From: Selaginella moellendorffii
Taxonomy: Eukaryota; Plantae; Lycopodiophyta
DNA: 64,000 nt
Direction of reading: 5' to 3'
Assembly (NCBI RefSeq): GCF_000143415.4
Contig: NW_003314335.1
Location: forward strand, 179,982-243,981
Of this stretch, positions 34,974 to 48,180 are shown in pieces (within the stretch, counting starts at the first letter, position 1; each line of letters begins with the position of its first letter). The translations under genes were made by a program, and so were the position numbers. The notes below the pieces were generated by a model that saw only the letters and a list, made by a program, of their open reading frames with translations, was not told the DNA's origin and searched no databases.

Positions 34974-37212
34974 AAGAATGGTACGTGTAATGCATATGGT
35001 TTGGCTGAAACACTCCTGCGACTGTTTTATAGGTCGTTTTCAGGCACACTACTAATACATATATAAGAAATTGTAAATCAGGTGAGAGATGTTTCGATTC
35101 CTTAAGTGAATACACAATTTTTTGGTAGACAAAATGAAAAACTGGCACCATCGACATAAGACTCTTGCCTGGAAGAGCCTAAGTCACCGCAATGCTTTCG
35201 TGGATTGCAGAGTTGACGTTACGCTCATCTCAGTTTAATGGCTTCAGTTCGAAAACTAGACCACTAACAGGTATCCTTACTTCATTTTTACTGTTCTCAT
35301 ATCTTTGCTGGTTTGAATGATATACAGGATGATGATGGCGAAGAAAGTGTTGCCGTTCCCTGGAAGTTTTGCTGTACTCGAGTAACGTAAGTAATTAGAG
35401 CATCGAGACTATAGATGTAGGTTCCTTTTAAGTAGACCTTTATATATTATCTTTCAGATCTCCGCAGTACTTCCTCGCCAAACTTTTCTGGTTGCGGTTG
35501 GAAACACCGAGAAGCAAATGACGGAGCTTCACCCTTTTTCCTCTTCGCCTCGTAAGTGCATTGTCTTTAAGTGAAACTCTTATAACTGCTGGAAATTTTG
35601 TCCTCCTAGATCTCTTCCGGAAATTCTCTGCTCTAGCTGACAGGCCAATAAAAAAAGCATGGAACAGAAAAAGAAAGCAAATCCAAGCAACAAGCAGCTC
35701 GCTCTCAGATGCCCAGCAACAGACAGAATTTGTCCATTTAAACAGGCACGCACCAAACATCCTGCCCCACGGATTTCGCTCTCATCTTCTCATAATGCGT
35801 GTCTCTCTTTTTTTTTCTTCCTTTTCCACTGTAGCCGGACGAACAAAAGGCCCGACTTACATGAGAGTCTTCATGTTCATCGTAAGCGATGCATCACCTG
35901 CGCACCCAAGGTATGTATGATCCCCTTTGTTTAATCGTATCTATCCGTTATCTAATCCAGAAAAGCAAATAATTCGACTCGATCTCCTTGGCAGGGGCTT
36001 TCTCTATCTGTAAACATCGAGATCGTCTCGAAAGGCTGGCCGGCTGGCCCTTGGTTCATTAAAATTCCAACCTGAAACGCACCAACATCATGATTGCGCG
36101 CCTCGGAGCTTATTTTTTTTGTCTAGCCAGCCACCGCCACAGCGAGCCGACGAAATGATCCGATCCATCGCGGTTTGTGCTCTCTCATCTTTTCCCACTG
36201 TAAGTGTCACTCACAAACTCAAGAACTTCGATGCTTTCTCTAACACTTCTTTTTCTTGTTTTTGGTATATAGTGAACTTGACAATGTGAATGCCATGGAA
36301 TCAAATGGTGGTGCCACCATTTTGCTCGGCCATCCATGGTTAATATCCAAGACTCTGATTGACAAAAGATTCTTGGATTGGAATCTCGTGCTCGGGAACA
36401 GGGCTTGTACACTCGTCCAACACATTGACCACAGAAAAGCATTGTGTGGGTGTTAAGAAACCGCAACGTTAGAGTCAAGTTCCTCATTTATCAGGAGTGA
36501 GTGCTGGAGGAGAAAATTCTAAACAAACCAACGCCAACTCGATCAATCAATATTTTGAGAGGGTGGTAAGAAGCAACCATACTTCTCTAAGGTACTTGGG
36601 ATCTCATCAAATCTCCTTGTACTTTGTATGGTATGATTTTTTATATATATATATTTTTTTCCTTTTACATCTTTAACTTGGGTTGGAGCTTTGCGTTTGG
36701 GTCCCTTGTTTCTGACACGACTCAGCACGGAAACAACTCAAGAACACACTCATGAAAAGCAAGAGAGCATTCGTATACACAAGAAGAGAGACCAGATCTT
36801 GCATTGTCCAGCCTGCCTTCTCGACTTAAAAAGAGGGAAGTAAAAATGGAAACTTTGATCCCTGATCGAGTTCAAACACTCTGGAAAAGAAAAGTTGCGA
36901 GCTCGCGAAGAACGTGTCCCGGAGCCCTTTTCTCTCCATTGAGCCGGAGCCTTCGCGTTGAGTTGTAATCTGCATGGGAAATAGCGAAATCCTACACATC
37001 AAGCTCGGAATCAAAAGTTCCTCCTATAGCTACACAATAAGTAAAGATGAAACAAGCAGGAGAAGAAAAAAAAAAAGAATGGAAGAAAAAAAGGAACCGA
37101 GGAGAGGACCTCCGCAAAAAGTTGTAGAGCCTCGAGAAGAAGTCACTGCAACTTTCCTTCTCTCCACCTCGTGTCCATTTACAGCACCACCCCATCGCCA
37201 GGAAACTCTGGA

Positions 37213-38512
37213 TCAAATCGGATCACACGTCTGCGACGAGCACAAAGATCCCAACCGCAGCGACAAATCCAACTGAAACAGCCCCCCGCCGCCGACACCA
37301 ACTCCGTCACCTCCGTCACCGTCACTCCGTTCTCCATCCCTCGCCAAATCTTCCAAGTTCGTAGCCGTGGTACTCTGCTTGTGAGCCGTGGTGGTGGCGG
37401 TGGTGGTGGCATTGTCCTCGGCCACTGCCACATGAACGTTCTNNNNNNNNNNNNNNNNNNNNNNNNNNNNNNNNNNNNNNNNNNNNNNNNNNNNNNNNNN
37501 NNNNNNNNNNNNNNNNNNNNNNNNNNNNNNNNNNNNNNNNNNACTTGCCGCCCGGAAGATCCTCGTCGAGGAAGCTTGCTCCAAATCCCCTGCCCCCTCC
37601 AACCAGATCCTCAAACCGAGCACCGCTCCTCATCCCTCCTCCTCCTCCTCCGCCCAGATACTTCCCCACCGCCGGCTGCAATGAGATCGAGGCTGGTCGC
37701 AGCCATCCGTGGTGCCCGGTCGGGAGAGCCGGCGCTGGGCTTCCCCCGCCGCCACCATTGGCCGATCGCACAGCGTTCTCGATCAGCGTGGTGGCGGTGA
37801 GATGCGCGGCCGAGTGGGCTTTCACCCCGAGATTCCTGTCGAGGGAGCTGGCCCCGGAGCCCAGGATGGGCGAGTGGATGTGGCGGTAGGCCTGCGCGAG
37901 GCTGTGAGATCGCTGCGCTTGCCTCGCCGCGGTGCGCTCCCTCTTGTGGGCGTTTTGGTGGCCGCCCAGCGCTTGCGAGCTCGTGAACTTGCGCTGGCAA
38001 TACGGGCAAGGGAAGACCCGCGGCTCGGACGCCTGGCCGCCGAAAGCCGTCGGCGAGGAATCGAGAGATGGAGGAGGAACTGAGATCATCCCTCCTCCTA
38101 CCAAGCCTTGGTGGTGATGATCGTGAGGAGGAGCCGGCCTCTTGGCACTGTCGAAGAGAGGAGGGCTCGACATCCAATCCCGGCTGCTGCATTCCACGTC
38201 CCCGGAGGCGCTGGGCTTGGATTGATTGGTGCCGCTGCAAGAATCCAAATCTTTGGGCGATTCCTGGAATTTGGGATGATCCCGGGTCCAGCAGCTCTCG
38301 TCGGGCTTGACCTCCAAAAGAACGGCCTGGCCCGGCGAGAGGATGTGGTGAGAACCGAAGCGAGCGAGAGGAAGATCGTCCCCTTCCTCCTGGTGGAGTC
38401 TTTTCGTCTGGAAATCACCAATGCTCAAGCTCAGATCCAAAGCTGACCTCTTGAATCGCCGCGATGCATCGTCTTGGCCGCCCCAGGCGTGGCTCAGCTC
38501 CGTTGTTGACAT
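37213..38512 (-). CDS. Single-finger C2H2 (QALGGH) transcriptional repressor with EAR motifs; spans an assembly gap
   Basis: [29 protein letters not shown]; LDLSLSI near the N-terminus; LDLSLRL downstream of the N-gap. Confidence 0.88.
37443..37542. other. Assembly gap (100 N)
   Basis: N run. Confidence 1.
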
Positions 38513-40142
38513 CGAGCTCTCGCCGCGCGAGCGAAGCTATTGCCGCCGACAAAGACCCTTCCCCCTCTCTTGCGAAATCTCTTTCTTCTTCTTCTTCTTC
38601 TTCTTCGTCTTCTTCTTCGTCACAGCCTTGGAATCCAAGCCAAGCGATGCGATCTTTCTTCCTTCCAGCCCCGAAATATCGCAACTATCTAGCGCCACGG
38701 ATCGATTAGCGTCGCGGCCGCGGCAAAGAAAGGAATCGATCTATCTAATCCGAGGCTCCTCGCGACGAATCTTGATCTGGCCAGAATTTGCCGCCGCGGA
38801 CGAGGAGTGGAATGGATTGGAAGGGAGGAGAGATTATAGCGAAGATCGAGAGAGAAAGCAAAGAAATGGAAGCGCTACACACTACCACTCCGCCAAGGGT
38901 TCAAGAAGATGGGTTTTCTCTAGCCGTACAAATTTGGGGCTAGACTGGCCCAAACGCCAGTTCTGGACCGCTAGAAGTGAGAATGCGCACGGACAGTTCA
39001 GCGCGGCGCGGCATCGTTAGATCGCTGGGCATCGACGGCAGGGAAGCGCGAAGCGTGGCGCGACCGCAGGGGGTCTTAATAGAATGGGCCGTGGGTTCTA
39101 TTTTACTGGACAAGACCACCACAAATACAAATGATACACACAAAACCAAAGGGATGGAAATTTTCACATTCATTGATTAAAATCGCGCATAGAATAATGA
39201 TAGAGTTGCTAATAACGGCTGAATGGCCGTTTTTGTCACTGTTGTCTTCTCCTTTGAAAGACTTTTTGAAAGATCGGGGGATTGCCGATTGCCAGCCAGT
39301 TTAATTTAAAACTGTGCAAGAATAAGAAAAACCAAACCCACTAAACGTGTCAGTTAAGTTAATTTTCAAACAACTAGAAACCAAACCCGGTGTACATTTC
39401 GATATTCTTTCCCAGGTGCGTGTATGTAAGTCTTTAGGGCAACCCCACCCACCCCACCACCTTTTCCAGGAGAGAACTTCCAAGTAACTTGTGTAGCTAT
39501 AGCTAGGGCAATTTGTACTACGGCGAAGTTGCCCCTTGGAGACAATGATGTGAAGTGTTGTCTCATGCAAATCAAAGCACAACAATTTGAGGAAGAGAAG
39601 AAGAAGATTCCCCCCACATTTTGCACCCTTAGATTAGACCCCACTTTAGGGCTTAAAAGGTGGGTGATTAAAGGTAAAGCACGAGGGAATGATTAAGCTA
39701 ATCAAGGCCCTTGTTGTATCTAGTGAGTGCGCATGGAAGACTTTGGAGGAGAGAAAGAGAACTTTTGCTCGCTTAAGACAGGACCGTATGGAATTAAATT
39801 CATTTCTTTGGAGGCTTTGCTCGCTGTAGCGGGCAAGGGCCCCCCTTTGAAGGGTCGTATACCTGTCCAGTGTTCCTCTTGTGTGTTTCTGTGTGATCTC
39901 TTTTGAATGACGAGATGGCACAACATGGATACCTCTGTCTCGTTTAGCCAGTTGCAATGTCCCAGCAGAGCCAAGTTGATCGATCTGTAGAAAAAAGGGC
40001 CGCCATTGAAACCAAAAAGGAGGAAACTGTGTTAAGCTACTGCTCCTACGTAATCTCAAGTACCTCTGTCGTCTATACGACTGTAATTGTGATTAGAATC
40101 AGTAAATAAGTGTTGAGACTGGTGGATGAAAAGTGCACTGTT

Positions 40143-40244
40143 NNNNNNNNNNNNNNNNNNNNNNNNNNNNNNNNNNNNNNNNNNNNNNNNNNNNNNNNNN
40201 NNNNNNNNNNNNNNNNNNNNNNNNNNNNNNNNNNNNNNNNNNNN
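40143..40244. other. Assembly gap (102 N)
   Basis: N run. Confidence 1.
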
Positions 40245-42935
40245 GGGAAGATCAACAGGAGATTCTTATGACTTCCACTATGCAACACGAGGGGTTTGGA
40301 ATTAGATGACCTTCCACCCCACTAGAAATATAGTTTTCTTTTGGATACATGATCTTTCGTTTGCATTTTACAATTGGTGATGAGGGAGTGTAATGTCTAG
40401 AAACACTGAGCCAATATTATAGACATTTCGCCAAGGGACAATGACAAGCACTTACAGGGAAAGGGAGATTGAAGTCTTGTCACGCTGCAAATCCTTTTTG
40501 CTCCAATCTTCTGTTGTTGACATGCCTTTGCTACCAGATCAAAATGCCCAATATGGGTACGTGTTCGTGAGTGTAGAAGGCTTTGGGTCCCAGATAAAAG
40601 GATCGAACTTTGCATCAAGTAAACAGGGCCGAAATATCGAGTATTTTATACGAGAAATAGTATATAAAAGTGTGGCAATTCGCAACAGATAAGATTCTTG
40701 CAACACTTGTGAGCCCAGTCCCGACGGAACTGGAACAGCTCTTTCGGGCTTTGCAGCCTGGAATGTGGATCGTTCACCCGAGCTTTTCTTCGCTTTTCGT
40801 ATTAAATATACTTTTGAGTTGTTCATACTTGTCGTCTCGCCTGTCTTTGTGAACTGGTTAAACAATTAGAAGATGTGCTATCGTAAAACATGCAAACAAT
40901 TGTGGGAGGTGTTCCTTTTTTGTTTACTTTGCTTTTTTTCGTGGAGTGTGTGGGGGTGGGGTCGTCTTGCTCTTGTGTCCAAGTACACGAAGTTGCATTG
41001 ATGGGAAAGTATAAGATATTTAATCTTTGCTTGGGGCTTTTAACATTTAGAAGTTGGCGAATCGCTTTGTGCAAGATTCGACTTCTCTCGCCCTCTCGAT
41101 CGCATGACAAGGAGGTTTTAAGTTTAAATCCAGGACACCCACGGGTCGCCACCGCCTCCACCACGTTTGGGAAAACAAATCAAGCTCTCTATTCAAAGGA
41201 AGATTCTTCCTCTAGAGCTTGATTTGAAGTAAAACAATGGCCCCCAACCCCACAATCCCCACCATGCTGATTGAATCATTCCTCTTGTCTTGCACTGCAG
41301 CATGTACCACTAGCAACAACAGCACAAAAACAACTGATATGGAAACTGGAATCAAAATGACAACTGACATTATGGTCTTGGTCATGCATGTTCAACAGAA
41401 GCTTAGTGATTTTGTTCCGAGTGATTAGCTTTCATTAGATTGAGAAATGAGCTACATTATGAAGGGTGGTTTTCAACACCCTCTTGGGTATGGTATGGTA
41501 CACACCATCAGTGTGTGGAAGCTATTACCTAGTACTAGGTAGGCCTACCTTGATGTTCATGCAAAGGTATAGGAAAATAAAAAATAATTGAATAAAGAAA
41601 ATTAAGCCGGCTAGAAGCATTAAGAAACAACAGCTGCTCTTCCCCACAAAACAGTCACAGTCAGTCAGGAAAGATAGTTTGAGTGTTGTTAGGACTTGGT
41701 GTCTGATCCTACTTTATTAAGCACTGATTTTAATTTCCTGGGTTCTTAAGAAGCTCGCTAGTACATATAGGTAAGGGTGGCAGAACTGCCTGGCACATTT
41801 GCCTGCCACACTACTGACCACTGTGCTCCATGACTGTACTGTACTGAAGGCACTGCACTGCCTGCTGTCCAATTTTAACATGGATTTGATTGAGACAACC
41901 CAATTTCTCCTCCATCCACTTCACTTCTTTTTCTTTGTCCACCTCTGTTGAAAAGTTTTAGGTCATTCTCGCTGGCTTTGCTTGGTTGCTGCACTCTGCT
42001 GCACTCTGCAACTGGAACTGCAACTGCATTGCCTTCCCTTAGATCTCCATCCATCATAGCATACACATGCAAGCCTCTCACATATACATGCATTATAAAA
42101 TACAGTTGAGTACTTCCAGCAAGTTCAGGGGAAAGGCAGTGTATTCTTTTGAATTCTACTTGATTATTTCTTAAAGATGGCAAACGAGTACAACGAAATT
42201 CACTATTGTATTGCTGTCATAAAAATTAAGCTATGCCATGAAAACCAAGAAAACCATGTGGGCCGACTTAATGATCGTAGCCGTATACGAGTAGCCATCT
42301 AGGTGTATATGGACTGCTCGTATGTGCCACAATAGATCGTATTGAAGTGCGGTCAAAGCAAGTAAATCTAAGGGAAAACCCCTCCCCGCACTCGTAGCGT
42401 TTACCATATTTACTTTCCTGTCTATGTATAGCTACAGTATACAAAAGTATGATCGGGGACTCGGCACGAGCGGTGATTACGTCACATTTGCTAAAATCGA
42501 ACACCTCTTAATCCCGGGCATTATGTTTGACAAAGATCTTATGTCACGCAATTCCTCACAATCTTCACAAAGTTGACGCCGTCTCGATTACATTTTTTCG
42601 CTTCTTTTCGTAAAGCTCTTGAGTTCCCAAGGGCCATAGCCTCTAATGATGGTGTAGTTCTATGACTATCTATCTGTCTATCTTGTTGATCTCATTGGTC
42701 ATAGCTCGCTCTTCTTTTGAGACGTTTTTATTTTGCGCTCTCGTCCGTCCCGTGCTTGTTTGTTTGTGTGGGTATGTGTGTTGAGGGGAAGAACAACAAA
42801 AGTTTCACGGAAACCCGAGTCAGGTTTCCCACAGCATCATTTTGCTTCAGCTGCCTGCTGATACCATGCTGATGCAATCCATCAATCACTCCAGAGAGGA
42901 GACGCCTTCAATTCTCTCAGACTTGAGTTCAGACT

Positions 42936-42961
42936 CACACACACACACACACACACACACA
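42936..42961. repeat. (CA)n microsatellite
   Basis: Direct reading of the sequence. Confidence 0.9.
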
Positions 42962-44042
42962 ACTCACCCACACAGATGCAAGAAATTATATGCCAACCAA
43001 AGAGAGACCAAACCTCAAACAAGCAGCAAATCAACAAGAAAGATCTCTCCCTCTGAAGGCACAGACAAGACACTGGAACTGGGTACCAAAAAGGAGTACC
43101 CATCTCCCCATGCCCTTCTATTTGATATTTTTTTTATTCTGCCATTGCACCAGGCCGTCTGCCTGGTGAGGTGATTCTTCTGCAGAAGTTGGAACTGAAC
43201 CAATTTGATGATGGCTTTTCTTTTTGGGCTTGCTAAGTTGCAGCCAACTTTGGCTGCATTCATGCACATATATGTGTGCTCCCCTGTTCTTGGGCCATAC
43301 TGCCAGGTGCCAGCCCAAGTGGAACAGATCTTGACATAGTGAGGTTGTAAAAGTACAGCGCTGTACTCAGGAGTGTTGCCTTTCGTTCCTGTTTTTGACC
43401 CGCACAAAACCTGCTGGTTTTCATCTCACAACATGCTTTGGCTGGTGTTACGTTGATTGATTGAAGCATTTTACCGGAAACGGCGTGTCGCGTACCTTTT
43501 CAAAGCAAGTTCTTTGGATTGGAACTGTTGATGGAATTTTTTACAGCCCCTCCCCACTAGATATAAGGCGAGACGTGAGCATGACCGCAACCTATCTCTC
43601 TGCAATCCACAGCATGACAACGCAAACTCATTAACAAAGTAAACGATTTCCAGAGAATCAAGCAGCTGCAGGAGAGCGCACGATCCTTATATCCACAATC
43701 AGAGTTCAACATGTGATTCAATGCTTTTTCTCGGCAAGGGACGAATGAGCTAGAAAACAAGCAGGCATGCCGGGGGAGACGAACGAAAAATAGAAACGGG
43801 GTGCTATGGTAGCAATCCCGCTCCATGATCCGGTATCTCAGTCTTAAAGCAAATAAAACAAAACCAGTGCAAGAAGAAAAAACGGAGAGGATTGTCTACC
43901 TTACCAATCAAACCTGATAAATGAAGCCCGAAGTGGTAGAAGTAACTAGAGGCAACGAACATGTTTGGCACTTCCTAACGTTGTGGACGATTTACTGATG
44001 AGCAAGCTGATGTTGTTATGATTCTGTCGATTCTGTCGATTT

Positions 44043-45069
44043 TTAACTCCTTTTATGATGGTACATGGATGCGCGCAGAGCTTGAATATCCTTAGCTGTT
44101 CCTGCGAGGACGTTGTCCACGTACAGGCATATGGCTGCGAGGCTGTCAGTTAACAAGTCGGTTGACGCGTAAGTCCAAAGCCAGATTAAAAGCGATCTTA
44201 AAAAAATGAATACCTCGGTGTGCCGAAAGGAAGCCACAGCATCTGGAACTGGAAGTGGAGCTTTTGCGATCTGGGAATCAACAACCATCAAAGAAAGGAA
44301 GGCACGAATATATGAAAGCGAGCTGCAAGAGAGTGGCACTTCACCTTAGAAGATTGGAAATCCAAAACAATGACAGGAAAAGACCGGCCATCATCGATGC
44401 CACGAGCAAATGCCGATGCCACTTTGCTGACGATAAGACACCCACCACAATGGCAATACAGGTCATTGCTTCAGCCAAGTCTGCCAGCAGCAAGGAGGAA
44501 AAGCTTGCCAAAAATGAATAAACAAAAAGCGAGCAATCGATTTGAGCTTACCCCCACAAACGATCTGACGTGAGTTTAATGTCCCAGAGAACACAGCGTG
44601 GTACTTCTGGAGAGAGTCATGGGGTCATGGACGTCAAAACAAGAACAGAAAAAAAAACACAGAAGAAGAAAAAAAAACGAGTAAGTTTTCACTTACAGTG
44701 CTCCATGGATCTACGGCCTGTTGGTGGGCCGAGTAAAAGAAGAATAAAGCACACGTAGCTGCAAAGGCTGCAAAAATCCCCTGGAACAAAAAGTTTATTA
44801 AGTGTCATAGCATTCGACGAGCCAAAGAGAGAAGGAAAAAAGGAGGACAAGCGTACCCGCCACAGCGCGTTTTGATATTTGTCTCGCTTCTCAAAAGAGT
44901 CCACTAGAGCTTCTTGTTCTAGAACAATCTCACACTGGAAAAAGCCTCACTTTTACGAGCTACACGTACCCTGTGTGTCGAGGATTTGAGAATCTGGAGC
45001 GTCCTGGCGAGCCGTGGGTAGCGCATCGCCAGCGCCATCGTTGCTCCATCGCCATCGCCTCCACGACAT
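44043..45069 (-). CDS. Conserved plant 4-TM protein of unknown function
   Basis: Seven exons in phase: LDTQEQEALVDSFEK..QNALWRGIFAA..QQAVDPWSTKYHAVF..WLPFGTPSLAAICLYVDNVL..IQALRASMYHHK. Largely missed by the ORF track. Confidence 0.85.
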
Positions 45070-45305
45070 TTTCAAACCCTAGAACGAAGAATAATAAAGG
45101 AATAAGAGATCTCGGAAGGACGAAAATCTCCTGGAAGCGACGCGCTCTAGATCGAGCAAGGATCTGATTCTAGAACAAGGAGATTTACGTGGATGGCCAT
45201 CGCTCATCGGCTAGAAGACGTTCTAGAACCCTACCCCAGAACAGGGGCAAGAAGAGCGGGAATTTTAAATTTTGGGGTTTTTTCGGGAGTTTTTTCTTGG
45301 TGGCT

Positions 45306-46762
45306 ATGGCGCTGGCGAGCTCCGAGGCCTGGAAGACGCGCGCTCGCTTGGATTTTGAGGATATCCCTGATTGCTCATCGCATTCGAAGCCGCGCGTCTC
45401 TAGCGAGGCGAGGGAAATGTTCGAGGTCGATCAGCACCAAGAAGTTGAGGTAAGAAATCGTCCATACGCTTGATTTTGACAATGCCGCTTTAGAAATCGT
45501 TGGCACGGAGGTTTCTTACTGATTTGGCGAAAGGAGGGTTCGACTCTGGTGCTTCTTTCGGTATGGATCTTTTCTCTCTTTTCTTATGGAGCCTCCGATC
45601 GAATAAATTTTTATTAGAAAGCTTACAATCGGAGGTGATGGGCATGAACAACGGGAATGGCTCGACTATCAGTGAGATCAAGAATTTGATACAAACGATC
45701 ACCAGAGGTTTTTTCTTTGCATTCCTCTTTTTTTTATGGTTTTTTTCATAGACCAACTCTTACACACATGTGTAGATGCGAAGGCCATGGAGACACTTCT
45801 GAGCTCTACAGAAAACTCCCTCGATAGTTGCGAACTCAATGTAAGAAAAAAATACTCTACTTGTCTCGAATTCATGCGTGTTTTCCAGATGAAAGACTAC
45901 AAAAATAATCGGCTGCTCGGGGTAAAGAAATTTCAATCTTATGGCTGAACTTTTCAATCGAGTCTTCCAGGACGCAGTCACGTACAGCTCTAAGTATGAA
46001 CTGGAGAAGATGATGCTCAAGGATAGCATTGAAGATTGCCGTTCTGAGGTGAAGCAGGCGCTAGTTTTATTTTTTCTTCTTTGCTCAATCGTGGTTTCTT
46101 TCTTTCTTCTTTATTTTTCTAAGGGTCTTCGGCTGGCAGAACAAATCGAGATGAAGCGGAGAGAACTCAAGCACCTTGAAAACGTAGCTAAGCTCAAGGA
46201 CAGGTCCGTTTATACATTTTCCTACATGTGTTTTCTTCTTTTTATGTTTCTATCATTTGTGATCACAGCTATCTGCAGGACAACAAAATTCTCGAGGCTT
46301 TGAAAGGCGTATTAGTGCTTGGCATCTCTAGCGGGCACATAAGTCTCCAGCTTCGGACGTACCTGCCAGATTCAAGCAACGAGTCCTTCAAACTGAGAGA
46401 CGACGCTAAGAAAATACCCGACTGCGCGATCCACGAACTCAATATCGTCTTCAACGCAGCAACGCTCTCCATTGCGGAAGCCGAGGTAAAACCCGAGCTT
46501 TTCAACTTCTCTGACATGCTTTTTCTTGCTTTTGCAGCTCAAACCCAAGGATGTGGAGATCAGTGAAATCGTCTCGGCTGTGCAAGAAGATGGGTACGTA
46601 GTAGTAGTAGTAGTAGCAAGCTTCTTAGAATTCATGAAAATGGATCACTCTTTTGACAGGGATTTCTTCGAGAAGGTGGCTTTCATCGTGAAAGAAGTCC
46701 AGAATCGTATTCGCTGGAGAAAGAGTGCGTCGTCGCGATATCACAGTCGTAACAGAAGGTAG
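45306..46762 (+). CDS. Coiled-coil + RWD-like protein resembling the plant ZWINT1-like kinetochore family (At3g23910-like)
   Basis: LAEQIEMKRRELKHLE..ILEALKGVLVLGISSGHISLQLRTYLP..IHELNI..LKPKDVEISEIV..FIVKEVQNRI, recognised from memory of the family. 3' end uncertain. Confidence 0.65.
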
Positions 46763-46899
46763 CCTAGATTTCTAGGATGAGAACCATAGTAACTACATAC
46801 TAGCTATCAAAATTTTCATTTCTTCCAAAGGTTTGTCCACTCGAGAGAAAATGCTGTACAAGTGTCTCGTGACCTAGCTTAGTCTAGGGATGTGGCTCC

Positions 46900-48101
46900 A
46901 TGGCCATGGCGCATCGACTGGCGCGCTTGACGATTCGAGGTAAGATCGTCTCCACTCTCCCGGATTATGGAAGTAGTGGCTCCTGGTTTTCCAGAATTCG
47001 TCGCGAATCCTCGCCGCAATGCGGGTTTTTCTCCAGGAAATATTTCTTCCAGGAGCTGCCGCTGGATTCACTCGACTCGCTTCGTGAGATCCAGCGTTGT
47101 GTCATCGATTGGCGCTCGTGATCCAGAGGCAAGCTATGAGACGATCACTGCCGAGGTCGTGGAGAGCAAGAGCGTGGGTCTCTTGATGCTCAACAGGCCC
47201 CAGGTTCTCAATGCTCTCTCCGAGGTTTGCATGAGAGAGGTTGTCGCGGCCTTGAAAGGATTCGATGCCCTGCCAGAGGTAAGAAAGAATTTTTGCAAGA
47301 ACTGAGTGGAAAAAATTTCTTCGCAGGTTGGAGCGATTGTCATCTCCGGTAAAGGCAAAGCGTTCGCTGCCGGCGTGGACATCAAAGAGCTCAAGAACAA
47401 GACTATGGTGGATTTATTTGTGAATCCTGTTCTTGATCAGTGGAACCAAGTTTCCAGGATTCGAAAGCCACTCATCGCTGCAGTGAACGGGTAAGCGATC
47501 ATACCTTTGTGCTCGCCAAAAGTAGAATTATTTTCGTATGCTCTACCTTCCAGATATGCTCTTGGTGGTGGCTGCGAGCTTGCAATGATGTGCGATATCA
47601 TCCTGGTCGGCGAGAAGGCCGTGTTTGGGCAGCCAGAGATTAAAATCGGGACGATCCCAGGCATGGGCGGAACCCAGCGCTTGATCCGAGAGGTCGGCAA
47701 GTCGCGAGCAATGGAGATGATACTCACGGGAGAGCGCTTCATGGATGCCAAAGAAGCGTGCCAACGAGGTCTAGCCAGCCGACTGGTTAGTGAAGTTCTT
47801 CCTTCTTCTGGAGTTTTAGATCGAAGGATCTCTAAATTCTGGTTCTGTGGAGTCGCAGATCGAAGGAACAAACGAGGAGCTCGTCGCCGAGGCAGTGGCG
47901 ATGGCCAAGAACATCTCGGGCATGTCACGCCCAGCGGTGATCATGGCCAAAGCGGCTGTGAATGCCGCGTATGAGAGCCATCTCGAGGAAGGCGTCAAGA
48001 GAGAGCAGGCGTTTTTTGGAGCAACGTTTGGCTTGGAAGATCGCAGCGAAGGAATGGCTGCTTTCATCGAGAAAAGGAAGCCAAACTTCCAAAACAAATA
48101 G
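46900..48101 (+). CDS. Short-chain enoyl-CoA hydratase, ECHS1-like, probably mitochondrial
   Basis: [78 protein letters not shown]. Arg-rich N-terminus and no PTS1. Confidence 0.93.
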
Positions 48102-48151
48102 CTTAGTTGATCATAGAATATACCTTATTTGAAAAATAATATTCGAAAAGC

Positions 48152-48171
48152 TTAGGTTTAGGGCTAGGGTT
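48152..48171. promoter_or_regulatory. Telo-box-like (TAGGGTTT/AAACCCTA) cluster; similar motifs at ~5155-5190, 6047-6078, 49845-49885 and 54953-54966
   Basis: Motifs lie immediately upstream of start codons, including two ribosomal-protein genes. Confidence 0.6.
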
Positions 48172-48180
48172 TATCACGCC

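Noticed and set aside
41775-42040. Possible miRNA hairpins (partial resemblance to miR408/miR160)
   Set aside because: Only short partial matches and no extended fold-back visible.
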